Shown: positions 1-9,940 of the stretch, piece after piece
How the letters are laid out: each line of letters opens with the position of its first letter
Position numbering within the stretch: the stretch's first letter is position 1
Assembly (NCBI GenBank): GCA_024233595.1
Contig: JACKPK010000010.1
Location: 2,373-66,372 of the forward strand
Source: Deltaproteobacteria bacterium
Lineage (GTDB): Bacteria; UBA10199; JADGCS01
DNA length: 64,000 bases
Reading direction: 5' to 3'
Made by a program: the position numbers and the translations under genes
Notes under the pieces: model-generated
What the model was told of the DNA's origin: nothing
Database searches by the model: none
The model's input: only the letters and a program-made list of their open reading frames with translations

Positions 1-1316
1 CAAGTCTTTGAAGTAGGTTGAGAAAAATTTAAATCAATGAGCAAATCAAAAGTTTGAGTTCGAAATTCAATAAAATTCAACAAATTTGCGATAAAAACAT
101 CGATCAGATTCAAGATATAAACTTCAATTTATTGAGATCTAAGAATAAGTGAAAAATACGTAGATGAAGCTATCTAAAAATCAGGATAAGCTAAAAAATT
201 AGCTGCAGACCAAAAAGACCTTCGTCATGAGGGGGGAACATGAGGGGGGCATACTCGGTTGAGGATTTCCACAATCTTTTGGGCGATAGTGCGACCGAAG
301 TTGATTAAAATTCTGGATGACGAAGATTATTTAGGAACCAAATTTTATAGCCGGGATGGCGTAACAGGATTACACACGCAGAATTAAAAGCTTTGTTGAT
401 CAAGGTGGGTGTTTTGTGATCAGAACAAATAAAAGAGCTGTCATGATTGATATTTCAGTTCACAAGTAATTTGATGTATCATTAAAAAATTTTTGCAGCC
501 GACTGTACTTCTGTTTGTGATGGATCCGGTAAAAGCTTCCTCCTTGTTAATTAGAATTAAAGAGACTTTATGAAAAATAAAATCGAATTCCATAGAAAAA
601 AGCCTGTGACGATCACTTTAATCCCAGTTCGTGGTCAAATTTGCTGCGTGATCAGCGTGGCGTTAGCGCATTTGTCAGATAATTGGGACGAAAAAATTGC
701 TACAGTGACATGCAAGATTCCGAATACGCAAAGGGCTTGGAGTGTGCATTCTGACTTTGAAACTTCTTTTACATCACGCACAATGATGCTCCTATGATGA
801 CGATGATAGCACGCTTTACGAAAGTCCTAAAATACTTTTGGCGCAGTATATTTTTGAATCTGTCATGGATAAATCAAGTACATTTATTACGATATCTGAA
901 CTCCGTACGGATTTTGTTGGAACTATTACAACCGTGCTTCAACTGGGGTTTATCATGTCGACAAAGGGCTTCACAAAGGTCATCAGTATTTCTGTCGTCT
1001 ATCATTTGAATACTTGTGATGGCGGAACGATCATTGAACAGAATGAAATGGTCGAGTGTTCCGGAAACGCCATGATCTTTCTAACCAACACCGCATCCGT
1101 AATTGTGGGACTAAAAGATCCAGCTCACGTTATGTGTTGAACTCTTGCTCCTTATTCAAGAAGGAAGCACAGTGATTTTTAGCGAAATTTTAAGACTCCC
1201 AAAGTACCACACTGGTGGGGTTGGCAGGGTCGGAAGCAGAAGAGTGTTTTCAATGTATTTACAATTTGATGATTTTATGATGATGCGCTTGCAGCAAAGA
1301 GGAAAAAGAGATTTTG

Positions 1317-2093
1317 GTTCAGCCTTTTTCTTCAAAAGCTTTTTGTTGAATACAGTCTAGCTCAGTGTATTGATTTTGAGCTTGGGCATTTAATAAAAGG
1401 CTCCGTAATATGTCACAAACCTTAGGAGCTGCTTGAGCCAGGCATTTTAGTAATTCAACAGGCACTTGCTGGACATTCTAATGGTGACAGTGAAGATCAA
1501 AATGGAATCCAGTTTTTGGCAAAAACGAAAGATCTGGATTAGTGTGGTCAAAAGAAAAAGCCCTGCAGATTGAGTTTTGCATCAAAGAGAAGAGTTATTA
1601 ATTGCCCTACCGCCACTCTTTGTGAACTCACCAGCATAGTAAGGGGTTCATCAGGACCACCATTGTAATAAAGCTCTATTAGGTTTGGCCATAGCCAGCG
1701 CAATTCAGCAGCGCCATGGGATTGGTGTTCCATGAGATCAATGAGAAAACTTGTTTTATCGAGTTGCATGTAATGGGGCACCGAAAAATCGAATCCCATA
1801 GGTACCATTCTTGTAAAGCTGTACGGTAAAGACTTGTCTGTGGCGCCAATAGAGATGTATGCGTTTTCGTGGATGTTGTTTGTGTTTGGGTAAATCGCTT
1901 TTTGTTGAAACTCGACTGTGTTAGTCTTTGGGTTTTTCGACCTGATGCGTGCGCTGGTGGGTGTAGCTTTTTGAATAATACGCAGAGGCTGGGTTTCGCG
2001 CCTTTGGCATTTCCGCGTTCATAAAGTTCAGTCGCAGTGCCAGGCCTGTTCGTAAAAATCCTGCCAGGTTTTTTGCTGAAAGCCCTCTGTCAT
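1317..2093 (-). pseudogene. Degenerate duplicate of the class I SAM-dependent methyltransferase gene at 3374-4312
   Basis: Aligns by eye with 3497-4357 on the same strand, including ~45 bp upstream of the start codon (cat at 2091-2093 vs 4310-4312). Many 1-nt indels, mostly in homopolymer runs, break the frame. Only an 86-aa ORF (1548-1808) survives. Confidence 0.7.
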
Positions 2094-2265
2094 AACATAA
2101 CGATAAAATTTTAAGGGAGGTCGTCTATTGAAAATAATCAAAGACTGATTTCTTATGTCCTGTCTTGTACGTTGACAGAGCTGGCTTTTGATAATGCCCG
2201 TTTCATGTGTCTTTCAGTCACTCAAAATCGTCTGCATAATAAAGCATTAGTTTTAACTTGGGGTA

Positions 2266-3465
2266 TGTTTCATTTTTGAGGGAATCTGTGCAAAAACACT
2301 TTCAAAGACAAAAAAAACAGCTGTTAAATCAATCGAAATCAAAGTCGATAATGAAATTTTACCAGGAGCAAAGACCGAAAAAGCTCTGAATCGCGCGCAA
2401 GCGGTGATTGATTTAATTTGGATGGCACGATCATCACAGCCAATGAGGAACTTTTTAAAAACGGTTGGTTACGAGCTAGCAGAATTCAAGGGAAACATCG
2501 TATTTTTGTGATCCTGATTACGCCAACACCCCAGCGTATCCAAGATTTTTGGAAAAACTCAACAGAGGTGAGTACGATGCTGGTGAGTACAAGCGGCAGG
2601 TAAAGGTAGCAAAGAGATTTGGATCAACGCGTCCTTATAATCCTATTTTTGATGCCGATGGCAAAGCCTATAAAATTATACAAAATTTGCCACTGATATC
2701 ACCCAACAAAAATTGAATCTGCTGAAAATGCGGGCAGAATGAAAGCTGCATTGATAAAGCCCAAGCGGTCATTGAATTCAATTTAGATGGCTCAATCATC
2801 ACAGCCAACGATAATTTTTGAATGCAATGGGCTACGAGCTTGCCGAGATTCAGGGACAACATCATCGCATTTTTGTGATCCTGCTTACGCAAACACAGCT
2901 GCGTACCAGAGCTTTGGAAAAAACTCAACAGAGGTGAGTACGATGCTGGTGAGTACAAGCGCTTCAGGTAAAGGTGGTAAGAGATTTGGTCAACGCGTCT
3001 TATAATCCTATTTTTCATTTGCCGATGGCAAAGCCTATAAAATTGTAAGAATTTACCTGATATCACCCAACAAAAAAATTGAATCTGCTGAAAATGCGGG
3101 CAGAATAGAAAGCCATCGATAAAGCCCAAGCGGTCATTGAATTCAATTTGGATGGCACAATCATCACAGCCAACGATAATTTTTAAACACTCTTGGCTAT
3201 AGTTTAGAAAATCAAAGACAAGCATCACCGCATTTCTGTGATCCTGATTACGCGAGAATCACTGCTTATTCTGCGTTTTGGGGAAAAAACTCAACAGAGG
3301 TGAGTACGTGCTGGTGAGTACAAGCGTCTTCAGTAAAGTGGTCAAGAGGTTTGGATCAGCGCGTCTTATAACCCTATTTTAATGCTGATGGTAAAGATTT
3401 TGCGCAGGTTATTAAGTTTACCACAGACATCACCAGTTTAAAGCGCGTGATTTCAAGTAGACAGA
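2266..3465 (+). pseudogene. Frameshift-riddled multi-PAS sensor gene (three tandem PAS domains), 3'-truncated
   Basis: Reading across shifting frames gives three copies of a PAS pattern typical of chemoreceptor/sensor proteins (..AVIEFNLDGTIITANDNF.., ..HHRIFCDP.Y.., ..RGEYDAGEYKR.., ..YNPIFDADGK.YK.., DITQQK). No frame stays open for long. The 3' end abuts the methyltransferase copy. Confidence 0.7.
2399..3465. repeat. Three tandem ~364-bp repeats, one PAS domain each (2399-2761, 2762-3126, 3127-~3465)
   Basis: The landmark 'caagcggt(g/c)attga(t/a)tt(t/c)aattt(g/a)gatggc' recurs at 2399, 2762 and 3127. The units align by eye, with substitutions and 1-nt indels. Confidence 0.8.
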
Positions 3466-4312
3466 ACCCGCAAACGGGAAATAGCTGGAAATGGCTAATC
3501 AGATGGTTCCAGCCTTTTTCTTCAAAAGCTTTTTGTTGAATACGGTCTAGCTCAGTGTATTGATTTTGAGCTTGGGCCATTTGAAAACCAAAAGGCTCCA
3601 TGTGTAATACCCAAACCTTAGGAGCTGCTTGAGCCAGGCATTTTAGTAATTCAACAGGCACTTGCTGGACTTGTTCTAATGAATGACAAGTGAAGATCAA
3701 AATGGAATCCAGTTTTGGCAAAAACGAAAGATCTGGATTGGTGTGGTCAAAAGAAAAGCCCTGCAGATTGAGTTTTGCATCAAGAGAAGAGAGTTTATTA
3801 ATTGCTTCTACGCCACTCTTTGTGAACTCACCAGCATAGTAGGGGATGTCAGGACCACCATTGTAATAAAGCTCTATTAGGTTTTGGCCATAGCCGGCAC
3901 CCAATTCAACAAGCGCCATGGGATTGAGTTGTTCCATGAGATCAATGAGAAAACTTGTTTTATCGAGTTGCATGTAATGGGGCACCGAAAAATGCGAATC
4001 CCCCATAGAGTGCCATTCTTGTAAAGCTGTACCCGGTAAAGACTTGTCTGTGGCGCCAATAGAGATGCCTTGTGCGTTTTCGTGGATGTTGTTTTGTGTT
4101 TTGGGTAAATCGCTTTTTTGTTGAAACTCGACTGTGTTGGTCTTTGGGTTTTTTTCGACCTGATGCGTGCGCTGGTGATGGTGTAGCTTTTGAATAATAC
4201 GCAGAGGCTGGGTTTCGCCTTTGGCAATTTCCGCGTTCATAAAGTTCAGTCGCAATTGCCAGGCCTGTTCGTAAAAATCCTGCCAGGTTTTTTGCTGAAA
4301 GCCCTCTGTCAT
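3374..4312 (-). CDS. Class I SAM-dependent methyltransferase (C-terminus probably non-native)
   Basis: 312-aa ORF with motif I 'LVELGAGYGQN' and a Rossmann-like MTase pattern. The last ~40 codons (3374-3496) read antisense through the PAS pseudogene, so the native C-terminus appears to have been replaced. Confidence 0.65.
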   Translation of the reverse strand: MTEGFQQKTWQDFYEQAWQLRLNFMNAEIAKGETQPLRIIQKLHHHQRTHQVEKNPKTNTVEFQQKSDLPKTQNNIHENAQGISIGATDKSLPGTALQEWHSMGDSHFSVPHYMQLDKTSFLIDLMEQLNPMALVELGAGYGQNLIELYYNGGPDIPYYAGEFTKSGVEAINKLSSLDAKLNLQGFSFDHTNPDLSFLPKLDSILIFTCHSLEQVQQVPVELLKCLAQAAPKVWVLHMEPFGFQMAQAQNQYTELDRIQQKAFEEKGWNHLISHFQLFPVCGFCLLEITRFKLVMSVVNLITCAKSLPSALK

Positions 4313-4362
4313 AACAACAACGATAAAATTTTTAAGGGAGGTCGTCTATTGAAAATAAAAAA

Positions 4363-4668
4363 TCATTGATCCTTCTTAATTCCTAAGATTTTTAAAACCC
4401 ACCACACCGGACCAACAAGAAGGTGAATGGGATTTTTAAAAAAAGCAGGGGGCTTGCCTTCAAAGGCGTGACCAATGAATTGTAAGACCCATCCTAAAAT
4501 AAAAAGACCAACAGCCCACTCCACGTACAACCAATTATTAAATAAGGCCACGTAAAGGAACAGGAAAATTGAAAACACAATCATTGGGATCCCAATGCTG
4601 TGTGTGAGCTTGTTCATGGGATGAGTGTGAGTGTCTTTGTATGTTTGTAAAAAGTCATTAAAAGACAT
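4363..4668 (-). CDS. DUF962 (Mpo1/YGL010w-like) small membrane protein
   Basis: 101 aa with two hydrophobic segments. The pattern 'H....NK..H.IGIP' ... 'W.LQFIGH..FEGK.PA' is typical of DUF962. Confidence 0.7.
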   Translation of the reverse strand: MSFNDFLQTYKDTHTHPMNKLTHSIGIPMIVFSIFLFLYVALFNNWLYVEWAVGLFILGWVLQFIGHAFEGKPPAFFKNPIHLLVGPVWWVLKILGIKKDQ

Positions 4669-4722
4669 CTTGGCCCCTTTTCTTATTTTAAAAGGCTATC
4701 GTCTTTTTGCAAAATGTCAATC

Positions 4723-6969
4723 TCACGCAGCGCTAAGACGTTTGTGTTGAGATCGTTGCCACAAAAAGAGTCCGGCAAAGAGCAACGCTCCCAAAAGGTA
4801 AGAGAATTGTCTTGGCGTGCCTTGGCGTTCTACAAATTCGCTGATCTGAGCGACACGCTCTTGATCAAATTGTAAAAGCACCAGAGCTTGGTCTATGCCT
4901 TCTGTTGTCCAAGAGTCTGCAGCAATGAGGCTTTGGTAGGTTGCTTTGTCGTGATCAGAGAGAGAGTTCGCAAAGACAAAAAGATCATCACGCAAATTCG
5001 AAAGCTGGTCAGCTTTTTTATCAAAGTCTTTTAGGATCAGTTCAAATTTGTCTGTGATTTGAATGCTTCGTTCGATTTGTGGGGACAATGGCAAGTAACG
5101 ATCAAAGTGTTCTGTTGCAAAACCTGGGCGCAAGCAAAGTAACACCACAGCCAACATGATGACACTTCCTAAAATTTTATTTTTGGTTACAAATTGATTT
5201 TGTGTGAGGCTGGTGAACGCAATCATTCCCAAAGAGGATGCAGCAAAAATCAACACGGCTTGAAAATGGCTATCGACTCCTATGAGTAAGATGTCGGTGT
5301 TAAAGATAAACAAAAAGGGCAAAACGGCTGTTCTGATGTCGTAAGCAAATCCTTGCAAGCCCGTTTTAATGGGATCCGCTTTAGCAATAGCTGCTGCTGC
5401 ATAAGCGGCAAGTCCAACCGGCGGTGTGTCATCAGCAAGAATACCAAAATAAAACACAAAAAGATGAGCCGCAATCAAAGGCACAACAAGGCCGTTGGCA
5501 GCTCCTAAGTTGACAATGACGGGAGCAGTTAGTGAAGCCATGACAATGTAATTGGCGGTGGTTGGTAAGCCCATTCCTAAAATCAAACAGGTGATGGCGG
5601 TGATGATCAGGATCAGATAAATGTTACCACCAGAAATCCATTCGACCAGGCCTGTGATCATGCCGCCAAGGCCCATTGTGATGACCCCAACAATGATGCC
5701 CGCTGTTGCTGTAGCGGCAGCGATTCCCACCATGTTTTTTGCACCACTTTCTAAGGAATCAAAAATAACCTTAAGAGCTTCTTTGCAATTTGTGGCAAGG
5801 TCATTTTGGTTTTTATTTAAAAAGTGGGTGATAAGAAATGGACGAATGATAATCAATGCGATGATGATCAAAATAGCGCGGAAAGCGGCTAATTGCGGTG
5901 AGTGACGCAACACCATCAGTTCAAAAATAAGCAAAACCAAAGGAATGAAAAAATGAATGCCACCTTTAAATGTTTGCCAGAAGGGCGGGAGTTCTGCTTT
6001 TGGTAATGGTTTTAAATCGAGCTTTAGGGCTTCTAAATGTGTGATAGTGAGAAGCCCTATATAAGACACAATGGCAGGGATAAAAGCAGCGATGATGACT
6101 TCGGAATACGCAAGGTTTGTGTACTCGGCAATGATGAAAGCGGCTGCCCCCATGATTGGTGGTGTGAGTTGGCCGTTGGTTGACGCAGCGACTTCGACAG
6201 CAGCTGCTTTGTGTGCGGGGTAGCCAACTTTTTTCATGAGAGGGATTGTGAACGTTCCTGTTGTGACAGTGTTGGCAATGCTGGATCCGCTGATCATCCC
6301 TGTAGCAGCGCTGGCCAACACGGCAGCTTTGCCAGGGCCTCCACGAAAGCGACCCAAAAGACTAAAAGACAAATCTACAAAGTAAGTGCCACCACCGGCT
6401 TTTTCCAAAAAGGCACCAAACAAAACAAAGAGAAAAACAATGTTGGCAGAGACATCCAAAGGCACGCCAAAAATACCTTCTGTGGTCATGGTGATTTGGC
6501 TCAAAAAGCGTTCCAGAGAAACACCTTTAAAAGCTAAAACAGAAGGCATGTAAGGACCCAAAAAGGAGTAAGCGATAAATACCAATGCAACAATTGGAAG
6601 AGCAGGGCCAAGCGAGCGTCTGGTGGCTTCTAGTAATAAGACGATGAGAAGCAAGCCCATGATGATGTCTGGTAATATTGGCACACCTGCGCGACCGCTG
6701 ATGCCCACGTAATCGAACGACAGGTAAAGCGCGCTGAAGATCCCCAAAATGGCAAGGATGATGCCTTTAAAACTAAGAGGTGGAGCAATGGCTTCAGCCA
6801 TTTCTTCTGTTGTGCTCTTAAAGTTTGGTTTGATCAGAAAGATCAACGCCATGGCAAAGGCCAGGTGAATGGTTCTTGTGTGCAAAGAGGTGATTGTTAA
6901 AACCCCTCCGAGCGAAAGTTGAAAAAGTGACCAGGCGACAGCAAGGACGGCAATCAGAGTACGACTCAT
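4723..6969 (-). CDS. TRAP transporter fused permease (TAXI-type 4TM/12TM fusion)
   Basis: 748-aa polytopic membrane protein, Gly/Ala-rich, with the DctM-like pattern. It lies directly downstream of a TAXI solute-receptor gene. Confidence 0.85.
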   Translation of the reverse strand: MSRTLIAVLAVAWSLFQLSLGGVLTITSLHTRTIHLAFAMALIFLIKPNFKSTTEEMAEAIAPPLSFKGIILAILGIFSALYLSFDYVGISGRAGVPILPDIIMGLLLIVLLLEATRRSLGPALPIVALVFIAYSFLGPYMPSVLAFKGVSLERFLSQITMTTEGIFGVPLDVSANIVFLFVLFGAFLEKAGGGTYFVDLSFSLLGRFRGGPGKAAVLASAATGMISGSSIANTVTTGTFTIPLMKKVGYPAHKAAAVEVAASTNGQLTPPIMGAAAFIIAEYTNLAYSEVIIAAFIPAIVSYIGLLTITHLEALKLDLKPLPKAELPPFWQTFKGGIHFFIPLVLLIFELMVLRHSPQLAAFRAILIIIALIIIRPFLITHFLNKNQNDLATNCKEALKVIFDSLESGAKNMVGIAAATATAGIIVGVITMGLGGMITGLVEWISGGNIYLILIITAITCLILGMGLPTTANYIVMASLTAPVIVNLGAANGLVVPLIAAHLFVFYFGILADDTPPVGLAAYAAAAIAKADPIKTGLQGFAYDIRTAVLPFLFIFNTDILLIGVDSHFQAVLIFAASSLGMIAFTSLTQNQFVTKNKILGSVIMLAVVLLCLRPGFATEHFDRYLPLSPQIERSIQITDKFELILKDFDKKADQLSNLRDDLFVFANSLSDHDKATYQSLIAADSWTTEGIDQALVLLQFDQERVAQISEFVERQGTPRQFSYLLGALLFAGLFLWQRSQHKRLSAA

Positions 6970-6982
6970 AGCATTCCTTTTC

Positions 6983-7939
6983 TTATTTTAAACCAGCTTC
7001 TTTAAAATACTTAAGAGCTCCAGGGTGAATAGGGGCACTAAGGCCTGTGAGGAGATCTTCTTTTTTAAGTGTGCCTAAAGCGGGGTGTAGTTTTTTGAGG
7101 ATAGCCAAGTTTTCAAAAACCTCTTTGGTGAGTTTGTAGACAACATCGTCGTTAATTTTAGCAGAGGTGAGCAGTGTTGCTTTTACCCCAAAGGTTTTGA
7201 TGTTCGATTCGTTGGTGGCATCAGGATAGAGATCTTTGGCAATTTCGGCAGCAGCGTAGTAAGGCTGCTTCTGAATGAGATCTTTGGAGTTAGGGAAACC
7301 AATGAAACGTACTTTAATTCGGCCAGCGGTTGATTCTTTTAATGAACCATTTGGGTGGCCAACTGTGTAAAAGTAACCATCAACGCGTTCATCTTGTAGC
7401 ATGCTAGAACCTTCTACTGCTTTTAAACCTTCAGCAGCGGCTAAATCTGAAAAATTAAGCCCACAGGTTGCCAGCGCATCTTTGGCATTTTGTCTTGTGC
7501 CAGATCCGGGGTCGCCAACAGCAATGCGTTTGCCTTTGAGGTCTTCACATTTTTTGATGCCTGATTTTTCGGAAACAACGAGGTTGACTGTTTCTGAGTG
7601 CAAAGAAAAAACGCTGCGTAAATCACTTTGAGGGCCACTGTCTTTCCATTCTGCTTCGCCTTTAAGGACTTTGTAACCGGCGTCTGATTGCTGATACCAA
7701 AGTCAGGTCACCAGCCATTAAGGGCATTCACGTTAAAAATAGAACCCAGTGAAAGCCCACTGTTGCTTTGATTTTGTAGCTATCGGCCTTACGATTGATG
7801 AGTTTAGCAACGGCACCCCCCAACGGGATAATAAACCCCATTGACACCGCCTGTTCGATGGTGACGAATTTGAGATCTTCAGCAAGCTGGGTGCGCTTAA
7901 AGTGAAAGAATGATAAAAAGGTAAGAATAATTTAGACAT
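6983..7939 (-). pseudogene. TAXI-family TRAP solute receptor, N-terminal third frameshifted
   Basis: The intact 206-aa C-terminal ORF (6983-7603) matches the TAXI receptor pattern. Upstream, a start with an AGGAG RBS at 7939 and fragments 'LKFVTI', 'GGAVAKLINRKADSYKIKATV', 'NVNALMAGDL' and 'KVLKGEAEWKDSGP' are recoverable only by switching frames. Confidence 0.7.
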
Positions 7940-8026
7940 AGGGCTCCTATAAAAATTGATCCCCTAGATGCATGAGAAAGATCGGCACATTTGTCAAGGA
8001 TAGCTTTGGATAAAGTCTCAATTTCT

Positions 8027-8515
8027 TTAGACTTTAAAGCTTTTATCGGCTTCTTTGGCTTCGTTCACCAGAGAGCGAATTCTGTTTTTTCGAGTGGATT
8101 CGTAATGGTAGCCGCAGCCTTTAGCCAAATGTGATTTTCCAAAGGCAAGTTGTTTGGGGTGATCGCGACATAATTTGGGGCGGAAGCGGTAAATCTGACA
8201 GCGGCGATTTTCTTTTAAGTAACGACAGTTATAAATGAGATGCTCTTCTTCGTCTTTGATGAATTCAAAATTAAAACGAAAGCCATACCATTTTTTTGCA
8301 ATCTCTTTGGTGACTGTGTTTTTGATGACAGGTTTGGGGAGCTTGATGCCAATGCCTTCACAGCAATTGCCTGTTCCTTGGCACTGGCCAAGTCGTTTGT
8401 ATTGCGGTGTGACAGATTGACTTTGTATTTTGTACGATAGGCGCTCAAATCCCTCTAATATATATTCCCAAACCCAAAGCAGGGCTTGCACAGGAAAGCG
8501 CGCGATATGAATCAT
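8027..8515 (-). CDS. YkgJ-family (CxxCxxCC-type) cysteine-cluster protein
   Basis: 162 aa with 'CQGTGNCCEG' and 'CRYL..RCQIYRFRPKLCRDHP'. It has a 4-nt ATGA overlap with the upstream gene. Confidence 0.65.
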   Translation of the reverse strand: MIHIARFPVQALLWVWEYILEGFERLSYKIQSQSVTPQYKRLGQCQGTGNCCEGIGIKLPKPVIKNTVTKEIAKKWYGFRFNFEFIKDEEEHLIYNCRYLKENRRCQIYRFRPKLCRDHPKQLAFGKSHLAKGCGYHYESTRKNRIRSLVNEAKEADKSFKV

Positions 8516-9903
8516 GCAAACTCAAATAAAATGCCTTCGACATCACGATGACGTCCTTTGCGAACGGTCAAGTCGAGGCGGTTTTGTTCGTTTAGGTCAT
8601 GCTCAGCTAATTTTTTTATGATGTGCTCGGGGTTGTGAGCGTAGCGGCCAGATGGTTGTAAATGATATGGCGCATTGCTTGTTGATTCGACACTAAAATA
8701 AAATCGTCCTTGGTCTTTAAGGAGTCGTTTGACCTGAGCAAATAAATCTGACCAATCACCTCCGTAACACAGAACATCAGAAGCAATGATCACATCGAAG
8801 CTGTCTTCTATATTATGTGTTGTTTCGGCAATGTCGCCTTGGTGCAGGGTGTTGTAGATTTGTTTTTGTTTAGCTTGCGCTAACATTTTGTCGGATAAGT
8901 CGATGCCGATGATTTCTGAGTTGAGATCATTGAGCTCGCTACCACAAAGGCCAGTGCCACAACCCAAGTCCAACACTTTTATTTTTTGTCCTTTGAATTG
9001 ATTGCGCACAAGTTTAGCGATCTCTTTTGGCAATTTGTAACCCAGTGTGCCAACAAGGTGTTCATCGTAGCGAGACGCGTAGCGATCAAAGAGGTTTTTG
9101 ACATAGTTTTGCGAATGATGATCTGAATCTTGTTTACGCGCCATGGCATCCAAAAAGAATTTGGCTTCTTGTAATTCAGGGTGCTCTTGCAGTGTCTCTT
9201 CAAAAAGTTGTTTTGCGGTTTCAAAGTTTTCATTTTCGAGCTCTGCCATGCCTAGAAAAAATTTAGTGCGCGCATCGTTAGGGGCTAGTTCCAAAGAATG
9301 ATGATAAGCTTTGCGCGCTTCGTCTAGGTTACCTTGTTCGTAGTGAGCTTGCCCTAGGTTAAACCAAATGAGTGGGTGTTTTGGGAAAATGCTATTGGCT
9401 TTTTTGTAAGCGGCAATGGCTTGTGTGATTTGACCGAGTTTGAGTTGGGCGTTGCCAAGATTGTACCAAGCTGTCCAGTGCTCTGGGGCAAGCTCCAGGC
9501 AGCGTTGAAAATAGCCAATGGCCTGAGCGTATTTGTTTTGTCGGTGGTAGAGATTGCCTAAGCCATAAAACGCAAGCGGGTGTTCTGGATTGAGTGCCAT
9601 TACTTTTTCGTAGCAGCCTTTGGCTTCGGTAAATAAATTAAGGCCAGCCAACGCGTTGCCTAAATTGACCCAAGCATTTTGATCACTGGGTTCTTGCTCA
9701 ACGATTTCAAAAAAACGATCGCGAGCGCCTTCAAAATTTTCGGCTTCTAAATCGGCGCAGCCTGCTAAGAATAAAGTTTGTCTGTGACCCGGTAGGGATC
9801 TTAATATTTCTTCGCAGATTTCTTTGGTGGTTTCGAAATCGCCAGATTGGAAAAACTGCAGGGCCTTATCGTAAAATTCTTTGAGTTCACTCATGAATCT
9901 CAA
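8512..9903 (-). CDS. TPR-repeat protein fused to a class I SAM-dependent methyltransferase
   Basis: 463 aa. The N-terminal ~270 aa are TPR repeats (repeated A..Y/F..AL.L.P). The C-terminal part has MTase motif I 'VLDLGCGTGLCG'. Confidence 0.8.
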   Translation of the reverse strand: MRFMSELKEFYDKALQFFQSGDFETTKEICEEILRSLPGHRQTLFLAGCADLEAENFEGARDRFFEIVEQEPSDQNAWVNLGNALAGLNLFTEAKGCYEKVMALNPEHPLAFYGLGNLYHRQNKYAQAIGYFQRCLELAPEHWTAWYNLGNAQLKLGQITQAIAAYKKANSIFPKHPLIWFNLGQAHYEQGNLDEARKAYHHSLELAPNDARTKFFLGMAELENENFETAKQLFEETLQEHPELQEAKFFLDAMARKQDSDHHSQNYVKNLFDRYASRYDEHLVGTLGYKLPKEIAKLVRNQFKGQKIKVLDLGCGTGLCGSELNDLNSEIIGIDLSDKMLAQAKQKQIYNTLHQGDIAETTHNIEDSFDVIIASDVLCYGGDWSDLFAQVKRLLKDQGRFYFSVESTSNAPYHLQPSGRYAHNPEHIIKKLAEHDLNEQNRLDLTVRKGRHRDVEGILFEFA

Positions 9904-9940
9904 GTGACATAGGGTGAGGGAGAAGGCAAGGAATAGGTAC

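Noticed and set aside
226-251. Tandem 13-bp duplication catgaggggggaa/catgaggggggca
   Set aside because: It is real in the sequence, but it is isolated and lies in an uninterpretable decayed region. It is most simply a slippage duplication, and I can attach no functional inference.
570-1360. Short ORFs at the left edge (570-797, 794-1009, 838-1140, 1145-1360)
   Set aside because: They have no RBS, no recognisable motifs and overlapping frames. The region looks like decayed coding sequence, and 1150-1316 may be the native C-terminus of methyltransferase copy A. I could not identify the original genes, so I call no feature.
2399-3465. Tandem repeats as a CRISPR array
   Set aside because: The period is ~364 bp with no short repeat/spacer organisation. 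The repeats encode PAS domains. No cas genes are present in the window.
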